From assembly GCA_964521625.1 (NCBI GenBank), contig CAZFSM010000014.1, positions 27,061 to 91,060 of the forward strand: 64,000 bases of DNA. Reading direction: 5' to 3'. Position numbers and translations under genes: made by a program. Origin of the DNA: an uncultured Veillonellaceae bacterium. Its GTDB lineage: Bacteria > Bacillota > Negativicutes > UBA1444. Below the pieces are notes generated by a model. It saw only the letters and a program-made list of their open reading frames with translations, ran no database searches and had not been told where the DNA came from. Positions within the stretch are counted from its first letter, which is position 1. Every line of letters begins with the position of its first letter. Positions 45,603-55,434 of the stretch are shown piece after piece.

Positions 45603-46176
45603 GATCGTGCTGGGTAACGGTGAGGTTCACAAACTCCTCGGTATTACCGCTCATTTCAAGGAACTCGCCAGTGTGTTCCCCAATCTTTTAGGTGAGATAT
45701 ACACATGTATTTACGAAGCAACAGCCCACCATAAGCTTGGGCATCTGCGAGAGGCGCAGGTTGCTTTAAAACAGGCGCTATCCTTAGCCGCTCCTGATCA
45801 GCTGATGTTGCCTTTTGTCGAAAATTGCTCTAATATTGACGTGGTTTTGGATGGTTTAAGCCAAGATGCGACAGTGAGCGAGTTTATCAGACGGATAAAA
45901 ACCTTGATCAAAACCTTGATCAAAACCGTTGCTCCCCACATAGTCAATGTTCAAAAGGCCCTGACTGGCACTGCCGCCGCAAAAGCGGTTATGACAGCAC
46001 GAGAGCGGGAAATAGCCGAACTTGCGGTTTCGGGATTGTCGAACTCTCTGATCGGCAAACAACTTTATGTCTCCGAAGCGACGATAAAAAAAGACCTACA
46101 AAATATATACATCAAACTTGGCATAAACAACCGACTCGCCCTAGCCAAAGCAATCCTCAGCTTAAAATCTTACTAA
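45603..46176 (+). pseudogene. C-terminal fragment of a MalT/LuxR-type regulator (TPR-like end + LuxR HTH), N-terminal ATPase part missing
   Basis: ..ATAHHKLGHLREAQVALKQALSLAAPDQLMLPFVENCSNI.. followed by the LuxR HTH MTAREREIAELAVSGLSNSLIGKQLYVSEATIKKDLQNIYIKLGINNR. Upstream sequence in the same ORF has no coding-like homology. Confidence 0.6.
45899..45928. repeat. 12-bp tandem repeat (2.5 copies) inside the LuxR-type fragment
   Basis: aaaaccttgatc aaaaccttgatc aaaacc, encoding IKTLIKTLIKT. Confidence 0.85.
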
Positions 46177-46429
46177 TATAAAATTGAGTAAACTGGCGCC
46201 GTTTTCAAGCGGCGTCAGTTTTGTTTTAAGTCTAAAAAAAAATGCTATACCTTTCGATATAGTGTCGCATCAAATAGGATAATGGCGAAATTCCTTTTGA
46301 TATAAGGGTCTTTCGCCATTATCATTTTATTTTTGCTTCTATATCTTATGCCAGATGATAGTATTTGGCCGTTATCATAAACTGAAGCCAGAACAAAGGT
46401 TAGTAGCTGAAGAATTGAGGTGGCTTAAC

Positions 46430-46819
46430 ATGGAGGATATTCGAGTATTGCAATTTCGATTGGGATCTGAAACTTACAGCGTCCCGGTGGATGAGGTCGG
46501 TGCAGTGCTGCAGAGCAATAGGTTGAGCAGATTGTCGCAAAGTGATTCCAGTGATGACAGCGAGTCGCTTGATCAAAACAACAGATTCGTTCAGGTTCTA
46601 GATAGCCAGGCGATGCTAGCAGCCAGAGACGGAATGACGACGATCATTCTGCACGTCAATGGGGTTCAAGTGGCGCTAGTCGTGGATGAAGTGATTAAAG
46701 AAGTAAACTTGGACAAGAATAGTATCCTGAATTCAATCATAGTACCTTTGACCCTTTGGAAGTTAGGGGAGCACAAGTGGACAGGATCGGTATCGCGCAT
46801 AAGTAGCTATATAAACTGA
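46430..46819 (+). CDS. Divergent CheW-like domain protein
   Basis: VLQFRLGSETYSVPVDEVGAVL and TTIILHVNGVQVALVVDEVIKEVNL match the two conserved CheW strand blocks. The middle segment is a Ser/Asp-rich insert instead of the usual motif. A GAGGTGG RBS precedes the ATG at 46430. Confidence 0.55.
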   Translation: MEDIRVLQFRLGSETYSVPVDEVGAVLQSNRLSRLSQSDSSDDSESLDQNNRFVQVLDSQAMLAARDGMTTIILHVNGVQVALVVDEVIKEVNLDKNSILNSIIVPLTLWKLGEHKWTGSVSRISSYIN

Positions 46820-46869
46820 GAAGTGTCATTTCAGCCACATAACAATAATAGTGAAAGGATGGGATCAAA

Positions 46870-48603
46870 ATGAAAGTTGGCGTTAAAATTGCACTGGGAT
46901 TTTGCCTGGTTATAGTGGTGTTACTGGGGATGGGCGGGACATCCTACTACTCCGCCGATAATGTTCAGACCCAAATGACCGAAATTGCGCGAAGCAGTCA
47001 ACGAGTCGAACTAGTGAATGCGGTGAGTCAGTTATTTACTGAAGGGACTATGGCTACACGCGGCTACATGGTATACGGCAGAGACACTTTTTCCAAACAA
47101 GCCCTAGATAAATATGACGAAGCCGTGAAAAATGCCACAGCGTTACTGCAAGTAGCGCGACCAGAAAAAAAAGCGGATGTTGAAAAGCTCATTGCTAATA
47201 TCAAACTCTATAAAGATGCTATTCAAAACAACCTGTTCCCGGTTGTGCAGCAATATCACCGGGAAAAAAGCACCGGTACAGTAACTGCGGCTGCCCTCAA
47301 AGTCTTGGAGGACCAGTTTATCGCAATCGCAACCCCGTTGGTCAAAGTTACGGATGAGATCAATAAAACGACGACCGAACAGGTAACGGACAATCGAAAA
47401 GTCATCGGCAATCAGATGACAGCTTCTGCCTCGACGGTCAGCACAGTGAAGGCCACGACTCTTTCGCTCAGCTTAGCGGCGCTGCTGATTGTCATCGTCG
47501 TCAGCATCTTCCTGACGCGTATGATCACCAAACCATTGGCAACAGTCAGCGCCCGACTGGATGACATGGCCCAGGGACATTTCAACCGCGACATTGACCC
47601 CAAATACATGATCCGTCGTGATGAGTTCGGTGACATGGGACGATCCTTTGACCGAATGCTGCGCAGCATGAGACAGCTGATTGGACAGGTATCCCAGAGC
47701 GCCGAACAACTGGCAGCCTCCTCAGAAGAATTGACTGCCAATGCTGAGCAGTCGGCCCAGGCGTCAACCAGCATCGCCACCTCAATTCAACACGTAGCCG
47801 ACGGCAGCGGGAAACAGGTATCAGCCGTCAACGACACTTCAGCTATCGTGGAAGAAATTTCCGCGACGATGGAAGAAGTATCCGCCACAGCTGCCGAAAT
47901 GGCAACAATGTCCGAACAAACTGCCAAGGCAGCACGGGAAGGCAAAACATCAGTGGACCAGGCCGTATCCCAGATGGGTGCTGTCAATGTAGGCGCAAAA
48001 CAGGCGCAAACTGCGGCGGTAGAACTCAAGGCCAGCTCCGCACAGATTGGCGAAATCGTCGGCCTGATCTCAACCATCGCCGGACAGACAAACCTCCTGG
48101 CGCTAAACGCCGCCATCGAAGCGGCACGAGCCGGAGAAGCGGGACGAGGTTTCGCCGTCGTAGCGGATGAAGTCCGCAAATTGGCTGAGCAGTCAGAAGC
48201 CGCGGCCCGCCAGATCAAAACCCTTGTTGGCAGCAACCATGACAGTATCGGCAAAGTGGTCGGCGCGATTGACACCGCTATCCTGGACATAACAAAAGGC
48301 GTGGAGCTGGTTAATGTAGCCGGCGCAAACTTCGGAGCCATCAACGGACAGGTCCGTCAGGTCACCGATCAAGTCAGCCTCATCGCCACGGCGATCAACG
48401 AAGCCGCTATCGGTAGCCAACGCATTGTCGGTTCAATCAAAGAAGTGGAGAGTATCAGCCGCGATTCGGCAGCAGAAGCGCAGACCGTATCGGCAGCAAC
48501 CGAAGAACAGGCTGCTTCCATGGAAGAAATCGCCTCTGCCAGCCAAGCCTTGGCGCAACTGGCAACTGAGCTGCAGGGCGCGCTGTCCAAGTTTCGGATA
48601 TAG
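46870..48603 (+). CDS. Methyl-accepting chemotaxis protein
   Basis: TM, a helical sensor domain of about 170 aa, TM, HAMP, then the signalling domain with the conserved hairpin ([37 protein letters not shown]). Confidence 0.9.
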   Translation: MKVGVKIALGFCLVIVVLLGMGGTSYYSADNVQTQMTEIARSSQRVELVNAVSQLFTEGTMATRGYMVYGRDTFSKQALDKYDEAVKNATALLQVARPEKKADVEKLIANIKLYKDAIQNNLFPVVQQYHREKSTGTVTAAALKVLEDQFIAIATPLVKVTDEINKTTTEQVTDNRKVIGNQMTASASTVSTVKATTLSLSLAALLIVIVVSIFLTRMITKPLATVSARLDDMAQGHFNRDIDPKYMIRRDEFGDMGRSFDRMLRSMRQLIGQVSQSAEQLAASSEELTANAEQSAQASTSIATSIQHVADGSGKQVSAVNDTSAIVEEISATMEEVSATAAEMATMSEQTAKAAREGKTSVDQAVSQMGAVNVGAKQAQTAAVELKASSAQIGEIVGLISTIAGQTNLLALNAAIEAARAGEAGRGFAVVADEVRKLAEQSEAAARQIKTLVGSNHDSIGKVVGAIDTAILDITKGVELVNVAGANFGAINGQVRQVTDQVSLIATAINEAAIGSQRIVGSIKEVESISRDSAAEAQTVSAATEEQAASMEEIASASQALAQLATELQGALSKFRI

Positions 48604-48781
48604 GAATAGGAAAGAGGATCCGCCCCTTTGACAGATTCTGATTCAGCCAAATCCCGTACGACATTGTACGGGATTTTTGCTGTTATAGAGGATTTTTCGC
48701 ATGAGCGGAGTAATATATATAAACAATATAGTTCCAAGGCTATTTTTAATGAATTTTTACAAAAAAAAGGACTAGGTGTTT

Positions 48782-49423
48782 ATGACCCACGCACGGATTT
48801 TAATTGTTGATGACGATGAAAAACAGCTGGCGTCCATGCGCCGTACATTGCAAGGACATTTTGAAATTGTAACCACTACGGATCCGATTCAGGCGTTAAA
48901 AATTTTTGAATTGCAGGGACCTTTTGCCGTAGTAATTTCCGATTTTCAAATGCCGCTTATGAATGGCGTTCAACTTTTTGCCAAAATCTTTGAAATTGAC
49001 CCGACCGCACAACGAATCCTGATCACCGGACGCCCCGATCTGCAAATGGCTGTCGATGCCATAAACCATGGTAAAATCACAGCCTTTTTGACCAAGCCGA
49101 CACCCATTGCTTCGATTCGCTCCGTTGTTTTTGAAGCAGTCCAAACCTACAAGCAAGTACAAGAACCTGATATTCCGCCGCCTGCGCATAGCCGCCCAAC
49201 AGCTACTCTTTATGCGCCCCTGACGGTAAAAGAAAAGGAAGTCCTGCTGTTGTTGTCCAAAGGATTTTCGAACGAAGAAATATCTGCAGAATTACTCATA
49301 ACTATCGGCACCGTTAAAACCCATGTAAACAGCCTGTTTGGCAAACTGGACGTGAACAACCGCACCAAAGTTGTCGCAAGAGCGCTGGAGCTAGACCTGA
49401 TCAAGCCGGCAGCGATATCCTAA
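48782..49423 (+). CDS. Response regulator, receiver + LuxR/NarL-type HTH
   Basis: ILIVDDDE...VVISDFQMPLMNG...TKP receiver motifs. C-terminal LTVKEKEVLLLLSKGFSNEEISAELLITIGTVKTHVNSLFGKL. Confidence 0.9.
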   Translation: MTHARILIVDDDEKQLASMRRTLQGHFEIVTTTDPIQALKIFELQGPFAVVISDFQMPLMNGVQLFAKIFEIDPTAQRILITGRPDLQMAVDAINHGKITAFLTKPTPIASIRSVVFEAVQTYKQVQEPDIPPPAHSRPTATLYAPLTVKEKEVLLLLSKGFSNEEISAELLITIGTVKTHVNSLFGKLDVNNRTKVVARALELDLIKPAAIS

Positions 49424-49450
49424 AGCATTTTTCGATAACTCCCATATACA

Positions 49451-49490
49451 AAAACCCACGTCGAACGCGCTGCGTCTTTCGTGGGTTTTC
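49451..49490. terminator. Bidirectional terminator between convergent RR and HK genes
   Basis: aaaacccacg...cgtgggtttt stem, followed by ctgttttt. Confidence 0.6.
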
Positions 49491-49496
49491 TGTTTT

Positions 49497-50981
49497 TCAG
49501 TTCGGCAAAATCGATTCTTCTTTGTCAAAAGTATGTTTAATCGGCAGTTTCAGGATAAATTTCGCCCCTTCGCCTTCCTTGCTTTCCACCTCAATTTCGC
49601 CATGATGGTGCGCCACTACGATATCATACGAAATACTCAACCCAAGGCCAGTTCCTTGCCCAACAGGTTTGGTGGTGAAAAACGGATTAAAAAGATCCTT
49701 CTTGTTTTCAGAGGCAATACCGATTCCATCATCCGCAATGGAGCAATATACAAACTCAGCGTCGCACCAAGATGCAACCCGAATTACACCCATCTTGCCA
49801 GATTCTTTTGCCTGAATGGCATGCACTGCATTGACAACCAGATTCAACAATACCTGATTGATTTCATCGCCAATCACTTCGATTAATGGAATGCAGTCAC
49901 GTTCTTCCTCCACAATGGCGCATTGCTTGATTTGATGCTGCGTCACCATAAAGGTGGCGTCCAGTCCTTGATTCAAATCGTATGGCGCAAACGTCTTATG
50001 TCTTTCAACTCGGGTAAAGATTTGCATCCCCTTGACTATTTTGCTGATCCGATTTAACCCTTCCAGTGTATCGGCAGTAAGCTGCGGCAGATCGCTGATG
50101 ATATAATCGATATGCTGTTCTTTATAAATCAAGCTCACTTCAGCGGCCTTTTCCCTAAATTGAAGCTCGTCTGAAGCTTCCAGCCTTGCTTCTAGTTCCC
50201 GGTAATGCTGCGATAGTATAGTAAATGCCGTAAAATATTGCACCAGCATTTCTGTATTATTGGTAACGTACGCCAGCGGGTTATTAATTTCATGCGCTAC
50301 CCCAGCGGCCATTTGCCCAAGACCCGCCAGTTTTTCCTGCTGAATCATTTGCGCTTGCTTCTGCTCGATTAAAGCTAATGCTGAAGAAAGTTCATGGTTA
50401 GTTTGCACAACTTCTTTTTGGGAAGTTCGCAGTTCACTCAATGTTTGTCGGACTTTTTGCGAAGCCTGACGCACGATTTTAATCGGATAATGATACAGCG
50501 CGTAGCCAATCGAAAGTCCCACTATAGAAAAAAAGCCAAAAAGCAGCAACCCATTTGCAGCAACTGATTCTATATTCTTTTGCGTCTGAACATAACCGAC
50601 ACTCTTTCCCCCGTAGTAAATTTCCGCTATTGCTGTAAGCGGAGAAAAAATACGCGGTTGATTTGCGGCCTGCACCTCATGCAACAGATTCATGCGCGCA
50701 TCGTAGATTGTGACCGAACAAATCTCCGGTTCACGTGGTTGCGTGTCCAGCAATGCCTTAAGTTTGTGTGTAGCGTATTGCCAGTAATCCGGATTTTCCT
50801 GAACTGCATTTTGCATCAGGCTTGCTGTATTTGTCGCATAGTTTTGATTTGTATCACGACCGTGGTAAATTTGCAGTACAACATAGCTGAGCGGCATAGT
50901 CAGGCTGATAAGAACCGCCGTAACAACAGACAGTATTATAATGCGTCTATGGAATGATTGCAGAAAATTAGTGAGTTCCAT
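49497..50981 (-). CDS. Sensor histidine kinase (two TM segments, extracytoplasmic loop, HisKA + HATPase_c)
   Basis: H-box GQMAAGVAHEINNPL; N-box LLNLVVNAVHA; G-boxes DDGIGI and GTGLGLSISY. Confidence 0.9.
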   Translation of the reverse strand: MELTNFLQSFHRRIIILSVVTAVLISLTMPLSYVVLQIYHGRDTNQNYATNTASLMQNAVQENPDYWQYATHKLKALLDTQPREPEICSVTIYDARMNLLHEVQAANQPRIFSPLTAIAEIYYGGKSVGYVQTQKNIESVAANGLLLFGFFSIVGLSIGYALYHYPIKIVRQASQKVRQTLSELRTSQKEVVQTNHELSSALALIEQKQAQMIQQEKLAGLGQMAAGVAHEINNPLAYVTNNTEMLVQYFTAFTILSQHYRELEARLEASDELQFREKAAEVSLIYKEQHIDYIISDLPQLTADTLEGLNRISKIVKGMQIFTRVERHKTFAPYDLNQGLDATFMVTQHQIKQCAIVEEERDCIPLIEVIGDEINQVLLNLVVNAVHAIQAKESGKMGVIRVASWCDAEFVYCSIADDGIGIASENKKDLFNPFFTTKPVGQGTGLGLSISYDIVVAHHHGEIEVESKEGEGAKFILKLPIKHTFDKEESILPN

Positions 50982-51882
50982 CGGTTATCCTCGGCACAGG
51001 AATTGCCTGTGCCGTTTGAATTATCTGTTGGCCTTCCGATGAAAAAACAAAGGCAAGAAATTCCTTTACCCGAGGGTCCATCGGCTCCTGGTAAACGAAG
51101 TACATCCCTCGCTCCAGTCGATAAGCCCCAGATAGAATATTTGCCGGCGTCGGTGAAACACCCTCCAATTGCAACGCTTTCATTTTTTCCTGAGAACTGC
51201 TACTCCAGGAACTATCGGAAAACCCGATACTGCCTGGTATTGAGGCAACTGCGCGAGCCATGGAAAGGTCATTGTAATGGATCTTCCAATAATTATTAAG
51301 CAATGCCTCATCGAGCACACTGGAAAACTCTTTGATTTGATTCTTCAAAATTCCATTAACCGCATCCTCCTTATACATCAGATGCGGTATAATATTTTTC
51401 CCATCTGGCCATTGGCGCTTGCCGCCACTAAAAATCTCCAGCAATTCTGCCACCGAAATATTGTCAACCGGCACCGACGGATGGACGACAATAATCACCG
51501 CCGACCTTGCGTACGGAATCTGTTTCAGCCCGGCAGCCTTTTCCTGCTCTTGCAATGGGCGCGAAATCAGTCCGAGATTAATCCCGTTATCCGTTATTGC
51601 CTTAATCGCTCCCGCTGAACCGATACTGTCCGGGATTTCGATTTTTCCTGGTGATCGGCTTGCTTCATAGGCAGTCGCTAATTTGCGCATCAGCGGCAGA
51701 TTGACTCCTGATCCGGCAATCACGATCCCTTCCCGCGGCGGCGGCTGTGCTGGGCTCGGGAGCGCAGGCCGGGTTGGCGCAGAACACCCCGTCAGCAATA
51801 TCATACATACTAGGGTTGCGATTCCCGCGCGCAATGAATTCAACACGGCTTCACTCCCCATCAGCATTTTCCATGGCGGCAA
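50968..51882 (-). CDS. PstS-family (PBP_like_2) substrate-binding lipoprotein co-transcribed with the histidine kinase
   Basis: Lipobox LLTGCS. VIAGSGVNLPLMRKLATAY..IPDSIGSAGAIKAI..ISVAELLEIFSGGKRQW resembles phosphate-type SBPs. Its stop overlaps the HK start by 14 nt. Confidence 0.7.
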   Translation of the reverse strand: MPPWKMLMGSEAVLNSLRAGIATLVCMILLTGCSAPTRPALPSPAQPPPREGIVIAGSGVNLPLMRKLATAYEASRSPGKIEIPDSIGSAGAIKAITDNGINLGLISRPLQEQEKAAGLKQIPYARSAVIIVVHPSVPVDNISVAELLEIFSGGKRQWPDGKNIIPHLMYKEDAVNGILKNQIKEFSSVLDEALLNNYWKIHYNDLSMARAVASIPGSIGFSDSSWSSSSQEKMKALQLEGVSPTPANILSGAYRLERGMYFVYQEPMDPRVKEFLAFVFSSEGQQIIQTAQAIPVPRITDGTH

Positions 51883-51940
51883 AGTTGATTACCCTAATAT
51901 CATATTATCATAAATTTTCAGGCCAGTGTTTTAAACCACT

Positions 51941-51973
51941 GCAAAAAGAAAACGCCGCAATCGCTTGCAGCGT
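51941..51973 (-). terminator. Intrinsic terminator after the CoA-transferase B gene
   Basis: Minus strand acgctgcaa-gcga-ttgcggcgt (one mismatch), followed by tttctttttg. Confidence 0.5.
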
Positions 51974-52025
51974 CTCTTGATTTAAAAGGGGGCAGGTCAC
52001 TGATTCGAACTAGTCAGTTTTTCTT

Positions 52026-52688
52026 TCAGGCGTCCATCGACTTAATTTGGGGCGAAATTCGGAAGTCAGCTTCCGTCGCCGCCCTCACCGCTTCCACTGT
52101 CACGCCTGACGCCAACTCGGTCAGTATTAGTCCTGCCTCGTCCCGCACCAACACACACAGCTCAGTAACAATCATGTCCACTTCCTTCACCGCCGTCAGA
52201 GGCAAATTGCATTTCTTGAGAATTTTAGGCGAGCCTTTCGCCGTATGCTCCATAGCGATAATCACCCGCTTTGCTCCCGCCACCAGGTCCATGGCGCCAC
52301 CCATACCCGGCACCATTTTCCCTGGGACCATCCAGTTGGCCAGATTCCCTTCTGTATCCACCTGCAATGCCCCCAGCACGGTTGCAACAATGTGCCCGCC
52401 CCTGATGATCCCAAAAGAGGTCGCGCTATCGAAGAAGGCGCCGCCCGGATTAATGGTCACCGCTTTTCCTCCGGCGTTGATCAGGTCCGGGTCTGTGTTG
52501 CCGTTCGCTGCTGCCCCGAGTCCGACAAATCCGTTCTCAGAGTGCAGGATCACTTCGACTCCTGCTGGTAGATAATCGGCCACCATCGTCGGAATGCCAA
52601 TCCCCAGGTTGACCAGATCTCCGTCTTGGAACTCACGGCCCACCCTAGTCGCGATCAGTTCTTTTGCATCCATCGTTTTCCTCCTCAA
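52026..52688 (-). CDS. atoA: 3-oxoacid (acetoacetate) CoA-transferase subunit B
   Basis: Active-site SENG motif ([12 protein letters not shown]) and GMGGAMDLV. Overlaps the subunit A gene by 4 nt. Confidence 0.9.
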   Translation of the reverse strand: MRRKTMDAKELIATRVGREFQDGDLVNLGIGIPTMVADYLPAGVEVILHSENGFVGLGAAANGNTDPDLINAGGKAVTINPGGAFFDSATSFGIIRGGHIVATVLGALQVDTEGNLANWMVPGKMVPGMGGAMDLVAGAKRVIIAMEHTAKGSPKILKKCNLPLTAVKEVDMIVTELCVLVRDEAGLILTELASGVTVEAVRAATEADFRISPQIKSMDA

Positions 52689-53332
52689 CCCTGCACCAGA
52701 TAGTGGACGAAGATACCCGGGGTCATGACATGATCCGGGTCAATCTCACCGATATCCACAATCTGTTCTGCTTCAACGATAACGGTTTTCCCGGCGCTGG
52801 CCATGAGTGGGTTGAAGTTGCGCGCCGCTTTACGGTACACGAGATTGCCAGCTTTGTCAGCCTTCCATGCCTTGATCAGTGCAACATCGGCCTGGATCGG
52901 CAGTTCTAACAAGTAGTCTCGCCCGTTAATGGTGATCTTCTGTTTACCCTGTTCGACGAGAGTCCCAACGCCTGTGGGGGTCAGGATACCACCGAGGCCG
53001 AATCCGGCTGCGCGGATGCGTTCGGCCAGCGTTCCCTGCGGCACCAGGTCCACATCCAGTTCGCCAACATTCATCTGGCGACCGGTTTCCGGGTTGGTTC
53101 CAATGTGGGAAACGATAACTCTCTTGAACTGTTTGTTGACGACTAGTTTGCCGATACCACGGTCGGGATAGGCAGTATCGTTGCAGATCAAAGTCAATTC
53201 TCGAGTTCCTTTCGCTGCAAGCTCCTCAACCAGACCTAACGGTGTACCGCAGGCCAGGAAGCCTCCCACCATGACAGTCATGCTGTCTTTGACTTTACCT
53301 GCTGCTTCGACGACACTTATGATTTTGTCCAT
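52685..53332 (-). CDS. atoD: 3-oxoacid (acetoacetate) CoA-transferase subunit A
   Basis: [25 protein letters not shown].., ..[11 protein letters not shown].., ..[19 protein letters not shown].. Confidence 0.9.
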   Translation of the reverse strand: MDKIISVVEAAGKVKDSMTVMVGGFLACGTPLGLVEELAAKGTRELTLICNDTAYPDRGIGKLVVNKQFKRVIVSHIGTNPETGRQMNVGELDVDLVPQGTLAERIRAAGFGLGGILTPTGVGTLVEQGKQKITINGRDYLLELPIQADVALIKAWKADKAGNLVYRKAARNFNPLMASAGKTVIVEAEQIVDIGEIDPDHVMTPGIFVHYLVQG

Positions 53333-53367
53333 GATTATAAAACACCTCGTCAGAATTGATTCCTGCT

Positions 53368-54387
53368 TTACTTCAGGAGAATTGAAAAACGCTCTAAATT
53401 GGTCGTAAAGTCCGGCACAATTCCTTTGCTTTCCGCCTCTTTCACCAGTTCAACGACTTTGTCGTTAAAAGGGGTGTCAATGCCTAGTTCATTTCCCTTT
53501 TCAACGGCTTCACCATTGATGGCGTCAATTTCACATTTTCGGCCCAATCTCATATCGAACAGCATACTTGCGATGACTTTGCGATGCGGTTCATACCATT
53601 GATAATATAGCGTCTTTTTGCTTTCAAAATCTGCTTTACCATGAACCAGCTCAAAATCTTCAAACTGGGTTCCCTGCAACTCCAGCAACTTAATCTCCTG
53701 TGCGTGGGCCAGTTTGATGATTTCATCCTTAATGAAAGCAGCACACAACAATGCTCTGTCATTATCCAGAACTTCTCCATACGTGCATCCCAGCGCCGCC
53801 GACATCCCGCTAAACGAAGCATTGACGCACAGCTTGGTCCATCTTTCGCCGGCCAAATTATTTGAAACCCGAGCTATTCCTGCTTTGTCAAGGAGTGCTT
53901 TGATCGCTTCGATTCGGGGCGTAATCTCTCCGTTCATCTCGCCCAAATCATAAGTCTGCCGATTCGGATCGGAAGTCATTTCACTGACTCCCGGCCCTTT
54001 CAGGCTTGCTCCCCACCCCACCGTGCCGCCGACGGTACGTTGCCGACCAACAAAGCGAGCTACTCTTTCCTCGGGAATACCGTTCTGCAGAGTGCACACC
54101 ACGCTATCCTCGAATAAATGCGATAGTATCGCCGGCAAATAAGTACTGTTGTTGGGCGCCTTCCCTAAATAAAAGACGACCTCAAACTTTCCTTCAATAT
54201 GGTCCAAATCGCATGCGTTGACCGGAACCTGTAAATCGAGCTTCCCAACAATAGTGGCTCCATTTTTTTGCAATGCCTCCACATGCTCTTTGTATCCATC
54301 GATCAGGACCGCATCCACTCCATTTTTCGTCATCATCGCGCCGATTACCGTCCCTAATGAACCGGCGCCCAATATTGCAACTCGCAT
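53368..54387 (-). CDS. 2-dehydropantoate 2-reductase (PanE/ApbA) family oxidoreductase
   Basis: [19 protein letters not shown] Rossmann start and a C-terminal ApbA_C-like half (..[23 protein letters not shown]..). The substrate is not assignable. Confidence 0.8.
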   Translation of the reverse strand: MRVAILGAGSLGTVIGAMMTKNGVDAVLIDGYKEHVEALQKNGATIVGKLDLQVPVNACDLDHIEGKFEVVFYLGKAPNNSTYLPAILSHLFEDSVVCTLQNGIPEERVARFVGRQRTVGGTVGWGASLKGPGVSEMTSDPNRQTYDLGEMNGEITPRIEAIKALLDKAGIARVSNNLAGERWTKLCVNASFSGMSAALGCTYGEVLDNDRALLCAAFIKDEIIKLAHAQEIKLLELQGTQFEDFELVHGKADFESKKTLYYQWYEPHRKVIASMLFDMRLGRKCEIDAINGEAVEKGNELGIDTPFNDKVVELVKEAESKGIVPDFTTNLERFSILLK

Positions 54388-54409
54388 CGTAGTTTCCTCC
54401 TTTTATCCA

Positions 54410-55372
54410 TCAGAATCGATTTAATACCCTTATTATTTCAACCAGTTTTTCATCTCTCCAGGCCGCAATTTCTGCCGGAGTTCTGCCCTCCTCACATTTG
54501 CGGGCCGCCATCTCATCCATCACACCCTGTTCGAGCACATCACGGCATCCTTCAGGGAAACGTTGCCAAGTCGCCATATCATCCCACCACATCTCTATTG
54601 ATGGACCGATATGGTCGATGATGCCGCGCACACCTTTCTCGCCGCCACCCAATTGATAAATCAAGTGCGGACCCATCAAAGACAGTCGAAGCCCTGGTCC
54701 GTAGCAGCAAGCCAAATCGACGTCCTCAGCCGAACAGACGCCCTTCATCACCAGATCGATGCATTCCCGCCATAAAGCCATGGCGATTCGGTTGGCGATA
54801 TGTCCAGGGACCTCCTTATTCACCCGGATTGGCATCTTGCCAATCGCTTTGTAAAAATCGTAGGCCGTCTGGAATGTCGCTTCGTCCGTTCCTTTACCCG
54901 GGACCAGTTCCACAAGTGGAACCAGATGCGGCGGATTGAAAGGATGGGCGGTTATACAGCGACCCGGAAATTTTGACTTCTTCTGTATTTCAGATATCAG
55001 AAGCCCTGAAGTGCTGCTGGCAAAAACAGCGGTTGGATTTGCCCTGTCTATTTCCTGCAAAAGAGCGTCTTTTACCTCGTAGCTTTCAAAAGCCGATTCC
55101 TGAATCATCTGGACATCTTTGACCGCGTCGCCGATATCGCTCACATAAACAACTCTTCCCATCGCCTGATCGAAATCGCTCTGCGTCATCAAATCTTTCG
55201 CCAATAGAAATTTCATATTGCGCTGAATAGCAACGCGGGCCCTGTCGAGAGCAGCATCATTTATGTCTTGGACAAATGTTGGATAGCCTTTCCACAGATA
55301 ATATGTCGCCCAGCTGGCGCCAATCGTCCCGGCGCCGACACAGGCGATTTTTCGTATCACCGACTCATGCAT
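54410..55372 (-). CDS. 3-hydroxyacyl-CoA dehydrogenase-family NAD-dependent dehydrogenase (L-carnitine/3-hydroxyacid dehydrogenase-like)
   Basis: IACVGAGTIGASWA Rossmann motif; AHPFNPPHLVPLVELV; a C-terminal extension typical of the carnitine-dehydrogenase/lambda-crystallin-like branch. The ATG at 55372 follows an AGGGGGAGAG RBS. Confidence 0.75.
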   Translation of the reverse strand: MHESVIRKIACVGAGTIGASWATYYLWKGYPTFVQDINDAALDRARVAIQRNMKFLLAKDLMTQSDFDQAMGRVVYVSDIGDAVKDVQMIQESAFESYEVKDALLQEIDRANPTAVFASSTSGLLISEIQKKSKFPGRCITAHPFNPPHLVPLVELVPGKGTDEATFQTAYDFYKAIGKMPIRVNKEVPGHIANRIAMALWRECIDLVMKGVCSAEDVDLACCYGPGLRLSLMGPHLIYQLGGGEKGVRGIIDHIGPSIEMWWDDMATWQRFPEGCRDVLEQGVMDEMAARKCEEGRTPAEIAAWRDEKLVEIIRVLNRF

Positions 55373-55434
55373 TTCATCTCTCCCCCTCTCACTCGGATGC
55401 ACTCTTGCGAGATCCGGCACTTTTTATCCGACGA

